Positions 40,101 to 55,100 of a stretch of DNA of 64,000 nucleotides are shown here, one piece after another. The DNA comes from Antedon mediterranea (taxonomy: Eukaryota; Animalia; Echinodermata), in the NCBI RefSeq assembly GCF_964355755.1, contig NC_092673.1:28579648-28643647 (forward strand). Reading direction: 5' to 3'. The translations under genes and the position numbers were made by a program. Positions within the stretch are counted from its first letter, which is position 1, and each line of letters starts with the position of its first letter. The notes beneath the pieces are model-generated. The model ran no database searches and had not been told where the DNA came from. It saw only the letters and a program-made list of their open reading frames with translations.

Positions 40101-43100
40101 TTTCTCAGCAATGAACATCATAATTTCAGACCAATGTATACTAAGGAGATACAGTATTATCTATCATATAAGAAGAATTAAATATTATTGATTGATAAAT
40201 AGATGGTTTTTATTTCAGTTATTTCCATAACTTTTGCCTATAGGTAACCATCATAAATTTGTATATTACAAACATGAGAACTATGTATGTATGTAAAATT
40301 AATTAATTTGAAAGGTAATATTGTTTGATAGCTGACAAGGAGAATGATGTCACAGGGTTTTCTTACAAAAAGATTTTATTTTTATGCCATTCAACAAGAA
40401 CACAACTCACAAATTACAGGATTGTAAACCCATGCCATCTAAACTAAGGCTAGGTAGATTAAGCCTAAGGCTTAGGTAGTGGCGTTAGTGTTTGCGTAAA
40501 ATCATGGAATTGTTAAAGGATTTGAACCATGGACTCTGTGATTGGTAAGCAAGTATATCAACCCCCAAGCCACAGTGCCACTCTACTGCTATTTGGTATT
40601 ATATTAAAAAATACATGAACCACTTGATTTTAAAACTGTGTAAAAAGTTAGTGTTGATTTTCAACAATCTTAAAATATACTATTGATAGCGTATTTACCT
40701 CTAATGCAGCAATTTGTGTATGTTCCAGCTCAGCCATCTTGCGTTCATGTTGAATTCTTAATGCCTCTAGTTCCGTCTTCTCTATCTGAATCAACTCCAA
40801 CGTATGCTTTAATTCTGTTTTACTCTTATCTATACTTCCTTCAATATGTTGTAGTTCTCGGTCTGTTTCTTCTCTTTGGCTTCTTGATTCTTCTAGCTTC
40901 GCGTTGCCAGCGGAAACAGCTTTTGTCAGTTGCATTTTTTCTTTGTTCAGTTGATCAAGCTTGAATTTAGCTTCCTGCAATTTCAAAAAATCAAAATCTT
41001 CTCTGTCTGAAATAGTTTTTTTTTTAACAAATGTTGTTATTTCTTATTTTACAGAAGTTTACGGATTCTGATACTGGGTACTCTTTTTTTGAAAAATGTA
41101 ATATATAACAAATAGATATTGAAAATGTCACCATCTATCATCATCTTGTATCGCACCAACATAAAAAACCCCTTCAGTAATCATTAACAACATTACTTAC
41201 AACATAACTAGGACCTTCAATGCCATAACTATTATCACATTCAACAACATCACTAGTTATGAAGAACCCATAAAGCACCAGAGTACCAATTTAAATGAAT
41301 GAACTCATAATCATCATTATAAACTTTATATACCCCAATCTTGCGTTCTGTCTCTGTGACCTCAGCCTCTCCATCCTTCAAGGCCATGATCAGTTTCTGC
41401 TTGCTAGAGTCTACACTATTTGACAAGCGCTGTAGTTCAGTTTCTTTCTGTGCTACATCTTGTAAAAGTGAGCCTAACTTCTCTTCTTGATTGCTTATCT
41501 AGATTAAGAAATGTATTTACATATTAGGAGACACATCTGAGATGATTTAATCATCTTATGCTTGACTGAAATTGATCTGAGGTCGCCATTCTCTTAGCCG
41601 TCCTTTGACAGACTGTGAAAGATGCACTCATTTTAGATTTGTACACGATCCAGATGTGTACACTGGACCTCAAGTTTAAAGAAAGCTTACTCGTAACTTG
41701 GCCACACCCACCAGATCAAATAAAACAACAGGGACTGAACATTATAGGAAATATTTGCCAGATTATGGAGTAAAAACAATCTCCGGATACATTAAGACAA
41801 GTTTTTGCTTTCAGGTGTGGAGCAAACACAATGACCACATGGCACAATAATTTGCTTCTCAAAGTTTGAAAAGCATTGATGTCAATTTTTTTAACAATAA
41901 TTTGTAGCTCCTGATATTTCTACCTACCCTGGTTGTAATGTGATCTAATGTTGCCATTTTTTCTGCCAATTCTCCAGTTGCATCTCTAATAGCTGACGAT
42001 TGCTCTAGTACTTTCTGCTCACCTACTAACAACTCAGAATTTATTTTTTCAAGTCTGAAATAGAATGAAAATTACTGTATTTAATTGTTTGCTTTGTCTA
42101 CACTATCAAGCTTGATAATATTATCTACTATTTTGTGTAAACGTGAAAAATGTAATATATCAAAAATTCTAACCTTGCGCTCAAGTGCTGTGTTTTTGTT
42201 TCCAAGCTTCTAAACTCATTATCTCGACTTGCGATGACAATTTCGATTGCTTTTACTTCCTCTTCACGTTGGGTTTTAAGATCTTTTAGTTCGCCAACTT
42301 CTTCTTTAAGATCTTCCAGTTGCGATTCCAGATGGATGATTTCTTTCCCGCTCTCTTGCGCTCTTTTCTCCATCTCTGTAACCTCGTCGTGTGTTTGTTT
42401 AAACTTTTCAGTCACCTCGTCATACTGGTTTAATGTTTCATTCGCCTGAAAAAAAGCATGACATAAATTATTATCAAAATCCAAGTGAAGAGCACAATTA
42501 AAAAGTTCAATTATAGCTTTCCAACTGCAGTCAATGATTATGATATGATTACGATGGTGATTATGATGGTGATTATGATTATGATGGTGATTATGATTAT
42601 GATGGTGATTATGATGATGATGAATACAATGGTGATTATGATGATGATCTCTGTGTGAAAATTATAAAAACAAACACCTTTTGTCTAACATCTTTCAAAT
42701 CTTCCTCACATTCATGTAGAAGGTTGTCTGCTTCTCGTAACTCTGCTCTTCTCTTTGTTAACGTTTTCTCTGTGCAGATTATCTCTTGCCGTATATGTTG
42801 CACACGCCCTCTTGAGTCTGACGAGTATTCCGAATAGGTTCCTTCAGACAATTGGTCTTCCACTAAAAAATCTCTATAGAAACAAACTTTAAAATAAATT
42901 TTTTCTTTCTTTCTTTCATTTATTTGGCATCTCAATAAATAACATTAAAAATACATCAATAATATATAAAATCACCTTAAATATTAATATACATGTACAT
43001 CAAAAAAGCAAATAAAAATGGCGGGATTAATGAAGTCTGACGATGCACGGGAAAACACATAAAGTCGTTTAAAGTAAAACAACTTAATTCCAATGTGGTC

Positions 43101-46100
43101 CCTAAAAAGATAGTAATTATAATTTTAACAAAACAAACATTATAAGACGGGGTTCATAAATATATAAGCATATAAGCAAAACATCTGATATAATGGCACA
43201 ATAATAATTTATCTATGTTTAATTTTGTAATATTGTTTCAATTCAGTTTTAAATTTAGATGTGTTGGAAATTTGTTTAATATAGTCAGGAAGGTTATTCC
43301 ATTCTCTGATTGCATTAAAATAGAACGTATTACATTCTATGCCTTGGACTTTAGGTACAACAAAATTGAGTTTACTACCACGAGTGAAGTGACCATGTAA
43401 GTTATTAACTCTACGAAAGTTTTCGTTTAGGTATGAAGCACTTCTGCCCATAAATATTTTATGAACTTGGCTAATTTGCAAGAACTTTACTCGATATTTT
43501 ACATTTAACAATGTCATGATCTACAGTGTCAAATGCCTTCTTTAAATCGACCAACACCATACCCGAGAAATTTCCCTTAGAAGTTTGGGTTTTAAGGGAA
43601 TCAACTAAGTCTATCAAACATGTGTCAGTAGAGAAGGCAGCTCGAAATCCAGATTGATATTTATACAATACGTTGTTTTCAGTAAGGTATTTTTCGATTT
43701 GAATAAAAACAGCCTTCTCTAAAATTTTAGACATTGTACTGAGTATACTTATAGGGCGATAGTTTCCAATATCGGTTCTACTACCTTTTTTATAAAGAGG
43801 TATGACCTTGGCCTTTTTCATGTCTTCTGGGACTGTACTGGTACTAATTGATAAATTAATTATGTAGGTAATGGGAACTTTTAGAATTTCAGCCCCATCT
43901 TTTATGAAGCGGGGAGGTATCTTATCGACACCCGTGCTTTTTGTCGCATTAAGTTTGTTTAATTCACTATATATAAAGTCTTCGTCCACTGAGTTGAGCA
44001 TAAAGTTATTGCCACTAACGGTTCTATAGAAATCCTTAAGTTTGGACGACGTACAGTCATACACATTCTTAGGGGATGGAAGTTTACTGACCAAATTGGC
44101 TGCAATAGTAGTAAAATATTCGTTGAAGCAAGAAGCAATTTTGGCTGGGTCGAAACATTTAGTACCATTGGGCAGGTCAATAACCGTTTTAGCACTATCC
44201 TTAGATGTATTACTATAGCCTAGACCTTTAAACATTTTCCATAATTTTTTAGGGTTATTTTTATTTTCTTCAGCCTTGTTTAAAAAATGATTTGATTTAG
44301 CTTTATTTATATCACGCTGTATTTTATTTCTTAGTTTGCGAAATTGTATTAATAAGTCGGTATTATTCTTGTTTTTATTATACATATTTAATAATTTATC
44401 TCTGGTTTCAATGTCTTGTAATATTTCTCTAGTTAACCATGGTTCCGTTCTTTGTTTCATCCTAATGTTTTTAAGGGGGGCAATGGAATCAATAGCAGCC
44501 AAAAGTAATGCATTAAATTTATACAGAGCTTCATTTACATCTCCGATAGAGGTAACTACTGACCAATCGATATCTATTAGTATGTTTCTAAATTGATCAA
44601 CGGTATAGTTTTTTAGTGATCTGATATATACATTTTTATGTCCATTGAACTTAAGTTTAATAGTTTTCCGTGTACAAAATGTCATTAAGTGATCGCTTAG
44701 ACCTGTTGCGATTGTACCCGATTGGCTTATCTTATTCTCATTATTACATAATATATGATCGAGGCATGAAGCAACTGTAGGGCATATCCTAGTTGGTTCA
44801 GTTACTTTGTTACTTAAACTAAACATACTTAGAATTTGATTAGAGCTATTCAATAAAGATGACTTTGTTAAAGTACATATATTAAAATCGCCAACAACAA
44901 TTAATTCACTGTCCATTCCAATTTTAGATAACATATTTTCAAACAGAGTTAGAAAGTTCGTTTGCTTTGGTGGTCTGTAACATGTTCCAATTATAATGGG
45001 TTTGGTTTTAGGCAGGATCAGTTCAATCCAAAGTACTTCAGCTTCGTCGGATTCAATATCTGAACGCCGGTTAAACGCGATGTCATCCCTTATATACGTA
45101 CATACGCCACCGCCTTTGCGGTCGCGATCTCTTCGTAGAACTGAGTAACCTTCAATTTTAATTTCGTTGTCAGATACCGAATCATCAATCCATGTTTCGC
45201 TAATGGAGATAATGCCAGCTTTACTTTTATATGCAATATCGCGCAGTTCCAGTAGTTTGGGGATCATTGATCTTGTATTTAAGTGTAGAATGTGTATTCC
45301 TTTCTGTTTAAACCGCATGAAGTCTTCAGGAGCGACGTTATAATTAAATAATGGGGGTGGCGTTCTTAATCCTATGTCATCGTTATGATTTCCACAGGAA
45401 TCAAATGGGAGATGTTTCCAGCTGCATTCCACGCATACATAATCAAATTCAGTATTGTTGTTTACAATGTACTTGTATCTTTTGGGCGTCATGAAACCAT
45501 CAGTACACTTTATATGAGTCCACTTATTACACTCATCACACGATATGGCTCTGCTTCTGGTAGTGACGCGCCGTTGACATTTACCACAACAATTGTTTGA
45601 TACAGGTACATTCGCTGGTCCAGGATTGGATTCGATGTCACCACACCATAGTAAGCAGATAATTAAAGTTCTACATGCAAGCTGTCTGGGGTTCCGATGA
45701 AGATTATAATCATAATGCGAGAATTTTTTGGTTGATGTAAATAGGTACGTATAACACTCACCGACTACATTCTGGAAATCTTTCGATGTATGGTTATCCA
45801 GATAAATTGAAGAAGGGCATAACTTATGAATGACTTGTTCATGTTCAGGATGATGGTGTGATCTTTTCAACACCATAACATATAGCGACAGCGCCAGAAA
45901 AATACCATTCATACTTCCCGCCATATGATGTATCCTTATACACAAATAGAAAGGAAAAGTACACTCACCAATTGTGCTTGCCGAAAACAAAGGCCAGCAC
46001 GTCCTTGCTCTGCAGCGGAATGTATCGAGTTATGCGGTAACAAAATGACAATGTGTCCAGGTGGTCATGGAATGCAAGTGAATTCGCTTCGTCATTTGGT

Positions 46101-49100
46101 TGTTAAAAGTCAATAGCTAGATTCTTAGTTAGTACCCTTATCCAATGTTCAGCAGGGTTACCAAAACGAAAAACATCACAGATAGGCCTACACAATCAAT
46201 CGAAATACAGTTACAGAGTCCAAACTTTCACTGTAAAACTACCGGTATAATACAAACAATCAAAACTAAAAAAATAGCAGGTTAAGATTCGGTAAAACAG
46301 CAGGTTAAAATTCATAAAAAACAGCAGGTTAAAATGCAATAAAAGTTGTTCAGGTATAGCATAAAATAGCGTTAAAATTGTGATAGCGAATTAATTCCAG
46401 TCATAACTCAGGCCGGTTGCAATAGGTCATCGGCATCTACTGTAGTCCCCTTTTACAATCAATGGTGTAGGCGAGAATATTTGAGTTGAAAGCAACTATC
46501 GGGGCCTAGCGGAGCTCGCTCTTAACACGACCGTTCTGGACGAAGTAGGAATTGCGTGTCACGAAGTAGGAATTGCGTTCCTCTCTAACTTACAGAGCAA
46601 AGGCTCTAACATTATACAGTGGTGTTCTTCCTTTGGGACACCCATATTCTGGGGGACACCCATATTCTGGTGACACCCATATTCTGGTGACACCCCTATT
46701 CTGGGGACACCCATATTCTGGTGACACCCATATTCTGGGGAAACCCGTATTCTGGGGAAACCCGTATTCTGGTGACACCCGTATTCTGGTGACGCCCATA
46801 TTCTGGTGATGCCCATATTCTGGGGGACACCCCTATTCTGGTGACACCCATATTCTGGTGACACCCATATTCTGGTGACACCCATATTCTGGTGATGCCC
46901 ATATTCTGGTGACGCCCATATTCTGGGTGACACCCATATTCTGGTGACACCCATATTCTGGTGACACCCATATTCTGGTGATGCCCATATTCTGGTGATG
47001 CCCATATTCTGGTGACACCCATATTCTGGTGACACCCATATTCTGGTGACACCCATATTCTGGTGACACCCATATTCTGGTGATGCCCATATTCTGGTGA
47101 TGCCCATATTCTGGTGATGCCCATATTCTGGGGGACACCCCTATTCTGGTGACACCCATATTCTGGTGACACCCATATTCTGGTGACACCCATATTCTGG
47201 TGATGCCCATATTCTGGTGATGCCCATATTCTGGTGATGCCCATATTCTGGGGGACACCCCTATTCTGGTGACACCCATATTCTGGTGATGCCCATATTC
47301 TGGGGACACCCCTATTCTGGTGACACCCCTATTCTGGTGACACCCCTATTCTGGTGACACCCCTATTCTGGTGACACCCCTATTCTGGGGAAACCCATAT
47401 TCTGGTGACACCCATATTCTGGTGACACCCATATTCTGGGGACACCCCTATTCTGGGGAAACCCCTATTCTGGGGAAACCCCTATTCTGGGGAAACCCCT
47501 ATTCTGGGGAAACCCATATTCTGGTGACACCCATATTCTGGTGACACCCCTATTCTGGGGAAACCCATATTCTGGTGACACCCATATTCTGGTGACACCC
47601 ATATTCTGGTGACACCCATATTCTGGTGACACCCTATTCATAGGAAACCTCTAATAAGAAGAAACCTCTATTTATGAGACATTCCTATTCATGAGACATC
47701 CCTATTCATGGGACGTCCCTATTCATGAGACGCCCCTTTTCTGGGGAAACCCCTATTTATGGGCTATGTCTATTCTGGGGACACTCCTATTCTAGTGACA
47801 CCCCTATTTATAGCACACCCTATCCTTGTGACACCCCTATTAAGTGAACATTTTATTGGGTCCTAAAGGTGTCCACTTAACAGGGTTTGTATTAGTTGCT
47901 GTGATAACAAACCTTCTTCTTTCCTTTCTTTCAGTCATACGTATTGTCTGCATTTCTTTCTCCATCATTCCTTTCTCTATTCTAAGTTCATCTACTTCAT
48001 TTTTCAGTTCATTCATTCCTCGTATTATTTCTTCAAGTTCTGCATTTGTACATCTTCGTTCATCTTCTAAATCGTGGTTCTTTAATTTTAGAGAATCTAA
48101 TTTATCTTTCTGCTTCTCAATGGCTAAATCAAGGTCTTCTAACTCATCATTGCGATTCTAAGATAAATTGTAAAAAGATTCATACAAATTGATTAATTAA
48201 AAGGGTATTCAATTAAAACCTAAAAGTTTTTTTAGCATTGTACAATAAATGTTAATTTTATTTATTAAGAACTCGCCTCTAATTCTTCATCCCTAACTTT
48301 AGCAGACTTTGACTTCTGTAAGAAAAAGTAATGATAAACATGCATCATGAATTTAGTTTACAAAGTTAAATGTCATTTTTATGTAAAATGAATGTCATTT
48401 TCATATTAAACAAATGTCATTTTCCTGTAAAATTAATGTTATTTTCATGTTAAATTTATGTTATTTTCATGTTACATTAATGTAATTTCCATGTAAAATG
48501 AATGTCATTTCCATGTAAAATTAATGTTATTTTTATATTACATGAATATCATTTTTATTTTAAATTAATGTCATTTTCATGTCAAATTAATGTCATTTTC
48601 ATGTATTGAAACCATTAACTATAATTCATGATTATTTCTTCAATTAAGAAGTTACATTACATAAATTGCTAGTGTCACATACACACCTTTTTCTTCTTGG
48701 CAAGTTGTCTTTCAAGATCTTTGACATAATCCTCCTGAGAAAAAAAAATGATTGGTGCATATGAACAATTGGCTAAAAACACAGTTTAAAGTTCAAATTA
48801 TTTACTCACATCATATTATAAAACGAACACATGAACACATGGAAAATGTAGGCCTAAACGTGCTTATGCAGTTTTTACATACAGTATTAAATGTTTGCTA
48901 ATACTAAACTACAGCTCTGTCTATACTATGAAACTAGGTTGACTGTGATGTGCCCAAGTATGGTAGTGATATGCTGAAATATGGTAGTGATATGACATCA
49001 TCATGTCCATATATGGGCACATCACATTTCTTTTGCCACATAAAGTTTGATAGTGTAGACAGAGCTTAATTGTATTCATATGCTAGGTTATAAAGTGTGA

Positions 49101-52100
49101 ATAAGCAGAATAGTCAAATGAAAATGCACACCTTTAAACCGTACATTATAAAAAGTATTCTAGAATTATTCTAATATATTGTGTAATTTGCATTCATATT
49201 TACCAAGTCATGATGCTCTGGAACATTGCAAAATAGAACATCGTCGGGAACCTCCATTTTCCTGCTCTGATGTTTGTCTATGTTGTCTCGTTGGTTATGA
49301 ACTTCCGCAGTTTTTGCAAACTGTACTGAGTGATGAGGTGGCATTTGGTGTGTAGGTTGATGATGATCCGGCATTTGTTGTGAATGATATGGCAACTGTT
49401 GGGTAGGAACTGGATGACTCATCACTTGATGTATAGGTTGATCGTTTGACAGTTGATGAGTAGGAGTGTAATAGTTAGTTTGGTGTGGTGTTGATGTCGC
49501 ATTTGGGGGCTGGGTAAAGCCCAACTGGTCAGATTGAGATGAAGATACCCATCCAGAAGGAACTATAATTAACAAAATAAAATCACAGTCAAATTGTAGC
49601 TTCATGGTTTAGAGGCTTATCATTTTAATTTATTAATTTTTTTAGGTACATGGACAATATCAAATTACTGTCCTATCAGATAGGTTTTAATCCCCCCTGA
49701 CACATTCGTCTCGTCTCAAATGATAAACTGGGTTCTATAAAGTTATATACACTGGACCTACGGTTTGTAGAAGAAATAACAGAATTATTTATTATAAATT
49801 TGTGAAAAAAACAATTATCAAAAGTTAATGACAGACTGTTACCTAAAGTATCAAGGAAATGACAAGCATACACAATGTCTACATAATACGAATAGTGTAC
49901 AGATGAGAGGTATGAAAACAACATTTAAAACATGTTTACCATTTTGAATAAAACTGCTTCCATCTTCAGGCTGGTAACCTCCATACTGCTGATTCTCTTC
50001 AGAAAATCGTAACCTACTATGCCTCATATCTCCATGATGTTGTCTACCTCCTCCGTGCGTCTAAAGTATACATGAAAGGAACCATTTGGCACAGACTAAC
50101 TTATTTTCTTTAGTAAGAACACTCTCAAGTTCATTAATAATGGTAAATACACTGGACAATACAATTAAAAAATGAAGACTACATATGTTAAGACTCTCCA
50201 AAGAGGCCTCGGCAAAAATTGTACTAAAAGGATTTAAGTAGACCAAGAGGAAGATGATATAAACAGAACACAAAATTATCCTGCCCACAACAGAGTAAAA
50301 TGGTGTACAACAGTTGATAATGATGATAATGATGAGGATGATGAAGAAGATGATGAAGAAGATGATAATGATGATAATATGATGGTGATGATGATGTTGA
50401 TGATGATAATGATGATGATGTTGATGATGATGATAATGATGATGTTGGTGATGTTGTTGATGATGATAATGATGATGATGATGATAATGATGATGATTAT
50501 GATTATAATGATGATGTTGATGATGTCAATGATGATGTTGATGATGATTATTATGATGAGGATGATGATTAATGATGATGAATAATGATGATAATAATGA
50601 TTATGATAATGATGATAATGATGATAATAATGATGATAATGATGAATAATCTTCATTTATAAAAATTAAATCGAGCATTACTCCTTTCTTAAGGATTCCC
50701 TGCTGCTTTGGTGTTGTAACTTTAGCAATGTGTTGTCCTTGTTCTGTAACTGCTCTTCTCAGTGCTTCAACTTCTTCAAGCAGTGCGTGCATTGGGTTAC
50801 CCTCTGGATGCATGTCATCTAGAAGTAACAAATGACTGGCTGTTGAGAACATGTGACAAGTTCAAGGGGTAACATTTATATCCTTGTAAGTAACTTCAGT
50901 GATGAGAGACTATAACGTTAATACATGTATATTCCTAAAAAACACATGGTAGGTGGACATACTTATAATGATTTATTTACCCTATGGATCTAATTGATGG
51001 GATTAAAAATGAGATTATTGTTTGCCTGTATTTTTACTTATCATCGTTTGGATGAAAATAAACGTCTTTGAATTGAAATAGTGACGAGAGACTGATGCTA
51101 AACACACAAAAAGTAAGTGGAATTCATCATCCAAAATAATAAAACGATGATAAAAAAAAACTGATACCTTCAGATTGATTAATAGCTTGGTTCAACATGT
51201 CATGAAGTCGTAAGATTTCTGCTTTCTGATCTTCAAGAGTCTCATACAGGATGCCTATTTCTTGCTGCTGGTCACCTAATGAAATTATTTACAAGATAAA
51301 TTAGCAAGTCATTTATCCAACAAATTACAAAAGGAGGCGATTCCACATAAAACCTAAACCTATGATGGAAACATACAATTATGAAATATTAATAGCTGGG
51401 TCTTCAAATTCAATTCTATACAACTTCAAAACTCTGGGGAAATTCATTTGGTTGTGGTAATACAAGGATTCATAAAAACATTTAACAAGTACACAAAAGG
51501 CAAGCACAAGCACAACAATCATAATCTAAAAACACACAGAGAAACAAGGTAAGGACATTACCTATGGTTTGTGAGGCAGCATCCCCTCTGTCTATTTCAC
51601 TAACAAGTTCCTGCTCACGCTCAGATAGAGCATGCTCCAAGCCGTTGATCTCCTCTTGAGCTTTCCTTAATTCTGTCGCTGCCTTTCTAACTTGTTCACT
51701 TGCATGTGCCTCTGCCTAAAATTATATAGGAGGAGAGAATTATGTATCAGCATTGGTTAATTGTGGCTAATGAGCTAGCCTATCAATAAAAGAGTCTTTG
51801 GTCCAAAATCCTATCTGACTCCACTTTGGTCGGGTGCCATATAAAAGCTTAAATAAATAAATGTATAAATTAAAAATCACTGTAATTAATTTTAAAACTT
51901 ATCTTAGGAACTTATATAAGGAAAGTGACCAAATTCATTATTGCGGGAATCCAAGTACATGCTTACAAAAGAAGATATAGTGTGGTAGAAATAATTGTCT
52001 TTGTTAAAAGAAAACTAAAAATACTAAAAAAAAAAGAAATAAGTGAAAAAGAAACTTAAAACGAACATCAGCAATGGCATCTAGCTTCCTGATTTCAAGT

Positions 52101-55100
52101 TCTCTCTTAGATTTGTCAGTTGGTCTTCTCGTACTCCTTTCAACTGGTCGATATGTCTGTTGGTCAAGTTTGTCTTTCAGGTGTTGGAGCTCAGTTTCCA
52201 GTTCACCAATCTGATAATGAAATAAGGAAAATGAATATAAAACATGCAACATTATTATATTTGTTATTCATCAAGAGGATCACATGTGCAGATCTTCATT
52301 AAATAAAAAATAACTGATATTAATTCAAATAAAATATATAAAATACATTAATTATGCTAAAACAGAGAAACCGTGTGTACATATTAAAAGTTTCCTAGGC
52401 CCATGAACAACCTGCTATACAGGCCACCCAGGTTCATTAAAGCTAAATCTACACTATCAAACTGTATGTACATATATTTACATATTTAAGCATATCACTA
52501 CTATATTTGGGCACCATATCACACTTTTTTGTGTGTCAAACTTTGATAGTGTAGACAGAGCTTAAGATAAAATTTGGTAAAAGTTTTATCTTCAGCAATT
52601 GTATACAGTTTAAAGATATTTCAAATTGTGTTTATGAAATTGGTAGTGGAATCAGAACAGTGGCGGATCTAGCGGGGGGCGTGTGGGGCGTACGCCCCCC
52701 CTATTTTTTAAAGATTTTTTTTTTTTTTTTTAAATTAAATAGATTTTAAAAACACGTATCATTTTCATAGTGAAAATAGTACGTCGGAGCACATCGTCAG
52801 CTTGATCGCATTTCACCAAGCATGTACGTCGACATCCTTTGTGTACTATCAATCTCTAGCGTAGTTACCAACGATCATTCACAGTTAAGTGTAAAACTAA
52901 AAGGAGCAAGTTGATAAAAGCCACGTGGTGAGCTTGGTCGCGTTTTACTAAGCAGGTCGGCATCCTTTGTGATCGTCACTCCCGTATTGTAGAGTAGCGG
53001 TACGTACCTCCGACGATCAATAGAGTTTATGAAGTCACATGGTCAGTGCTACACTACGCGCCCATTTATTAAATACAATAAAAACAAAGGCTAGGACTGT
53101 AGTGCCTATGAAAATTATCCCGTTATGCCTATATTTTATTAAAACATACTATTAAAATATTAACAATGCTGCATGCAGAATTTCATGACCCTTGTAGTGT
53201 TTTATTTGCTTTTCCGTCGATGATTCTCATAAACAAATCGCGATGACAAAAGGGGTGTTTTGTTTTTTTCAAATCACTAAATATAATGTAATGATGATCG
53301 AGCCGGACCGCTAATTTTTAAACGATCGTTTAAACCAGGTCGTTGAATATGCCGTGATTTTAATTGTCAAAAACATGATCGTCAGTCGATGGCTCGGAGT
53401 TTCGATAAATCTCGCGTCGCATGTGTTGCGTGGTGGTGGAAAACACTCTCATCAGCAAGTTTGCTTCATTAATATGTATGAGACTCTGTGACGACCCGCT
53501 TTAACGTGACGTCATTTTACTTTAGCTGCATGGATGATGGATGCGAAGAAGTAGTCACCGCGATCGACCCGGCGCGCGTGTAAGAAAATAATACCGGCCT
53601 AGGCTAGGACAAGTTTATGCTTATATAAAAGCTGAAAAACATCGTCGCGTTGTAAACATTTAGATGTAAAGTACAGGCAAGTTGTTATCTTGCTTTGGTA
53701 CCCTAGGTAAGTATCAGCTGCATGTTCCACATGTTGTAATTTGCGAGCTTTAGAGTGTTTGGTAAATGACATTATGAATTGTTTGTAAATCGTTTTAAAC
53801 GACTTACAATGCGCTAGAACGCCAAAATTTCCAGGGGGCCCTTGGCGGCCCCCTGGCCCCCAGCCAATGTTTGCTCGCTTCGCTCGCAAACCTACGCCCC
53901 CCTTATTTATAAATCCTGGATCCGCCCCTGCAGAATGTCTATCAAACTCTTTTAGCTACATTGCTCTGGCCAGGCTATGTTACCTTTTCATCTGATCTTT
54001 GTCTTCTAACATCCTTTTCTTTCATTCCTCTCCTTCCTTTCCCCGTTCCTTTCATTGTTGTGTCACTCAAATCATCATGCTGTTTCCAATCTGGCCAATC
54101 ATCCTGTATCGGAGAAAATAGTTAGTCACTGGTATCCGTAATGAGGCAATTCAACTGGTAAGGTTATTAGCTCAACGCAGTGATACGACTCGGGTGAAAA
54201 GGATCAGAACACCAGGGTAACCCTACTCTTCTGAAAGACGCGCTGCATTCTTTAAAGTGCACACAAGCCAGTTTTCAGTCGCTATCATAGAGACTTGTTC
54301 TACCACCATGATTGAGGAGTGCATTGAACTTGTGCTATAACTTTGTTGTAAACATCAGCATCTATGAAACATTCAGCATGCCTCTACACTAACCTCCACT
54401 GGCGTTGCATCTATTTCATCTCTTCCATTTTTCTTCTGCGCATCTTCAAGTTGTTTACTTAGCCTATCAATTACATCATGGAGTGCCTGGATTTCTTCTG
54501 TTTTATCATCCTAAAATATATTTGAATTTAGAAAAGATACAATGATAGATACAATATAATGATATTTACGGAACCCTTTTCCATCAATAAAAGAAAAAAA
54601 ATTATTAGTTGTTGAAAAATTGATTAATTTTTTTCTGTTTTCTTTTTTATATTTTATGATTTTATATCCTAGTAGAAAACGTACCTTTTTAATTGGTGGG
54701 TCCAATTGGGATTTATCTCTCAGTTGACGTTTCAGGTTCTTCAGTTCTGCCTCAACCTAAAATCATAGTAACTAAGTGATTATTTATGTTTAGAAGGTTT
54801 GCATGGTGAAGTTATGTTGATATAAAGTTTGCGGTACACAACGTATATATAGTTCTGAAAAGAACTGTTGAATTTGGGAGAGACTGAGAATGCAGAAAGT
54901 CCAATAATGCTTGCCTACCTCTTTTTGTCTTTCTTTTGATTTCTGAATTTCGTTCTTAGCTTCCTTTAACTTTCCCTCCATTACATCTTGAAGATCTCCT
55001 AATGATTTCCCTACTTGGTCTTCTTCATTGATTGGCTTTAACCTTCCTTTCTTACTAGCATGTATTCTTTCTTTAACTTGGTCGATTCTCCTTGACACGT

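Noticed and set aside
46559-47309. Repetitive ORFs of 158-182 aa
   Set aside because: Translations of the 17-bp minisatellite, open in several frames.
50276-50656. Poly-Ile/Met/His ORFs
   Set aside because: Translations of the (GAT)n microsatellite.
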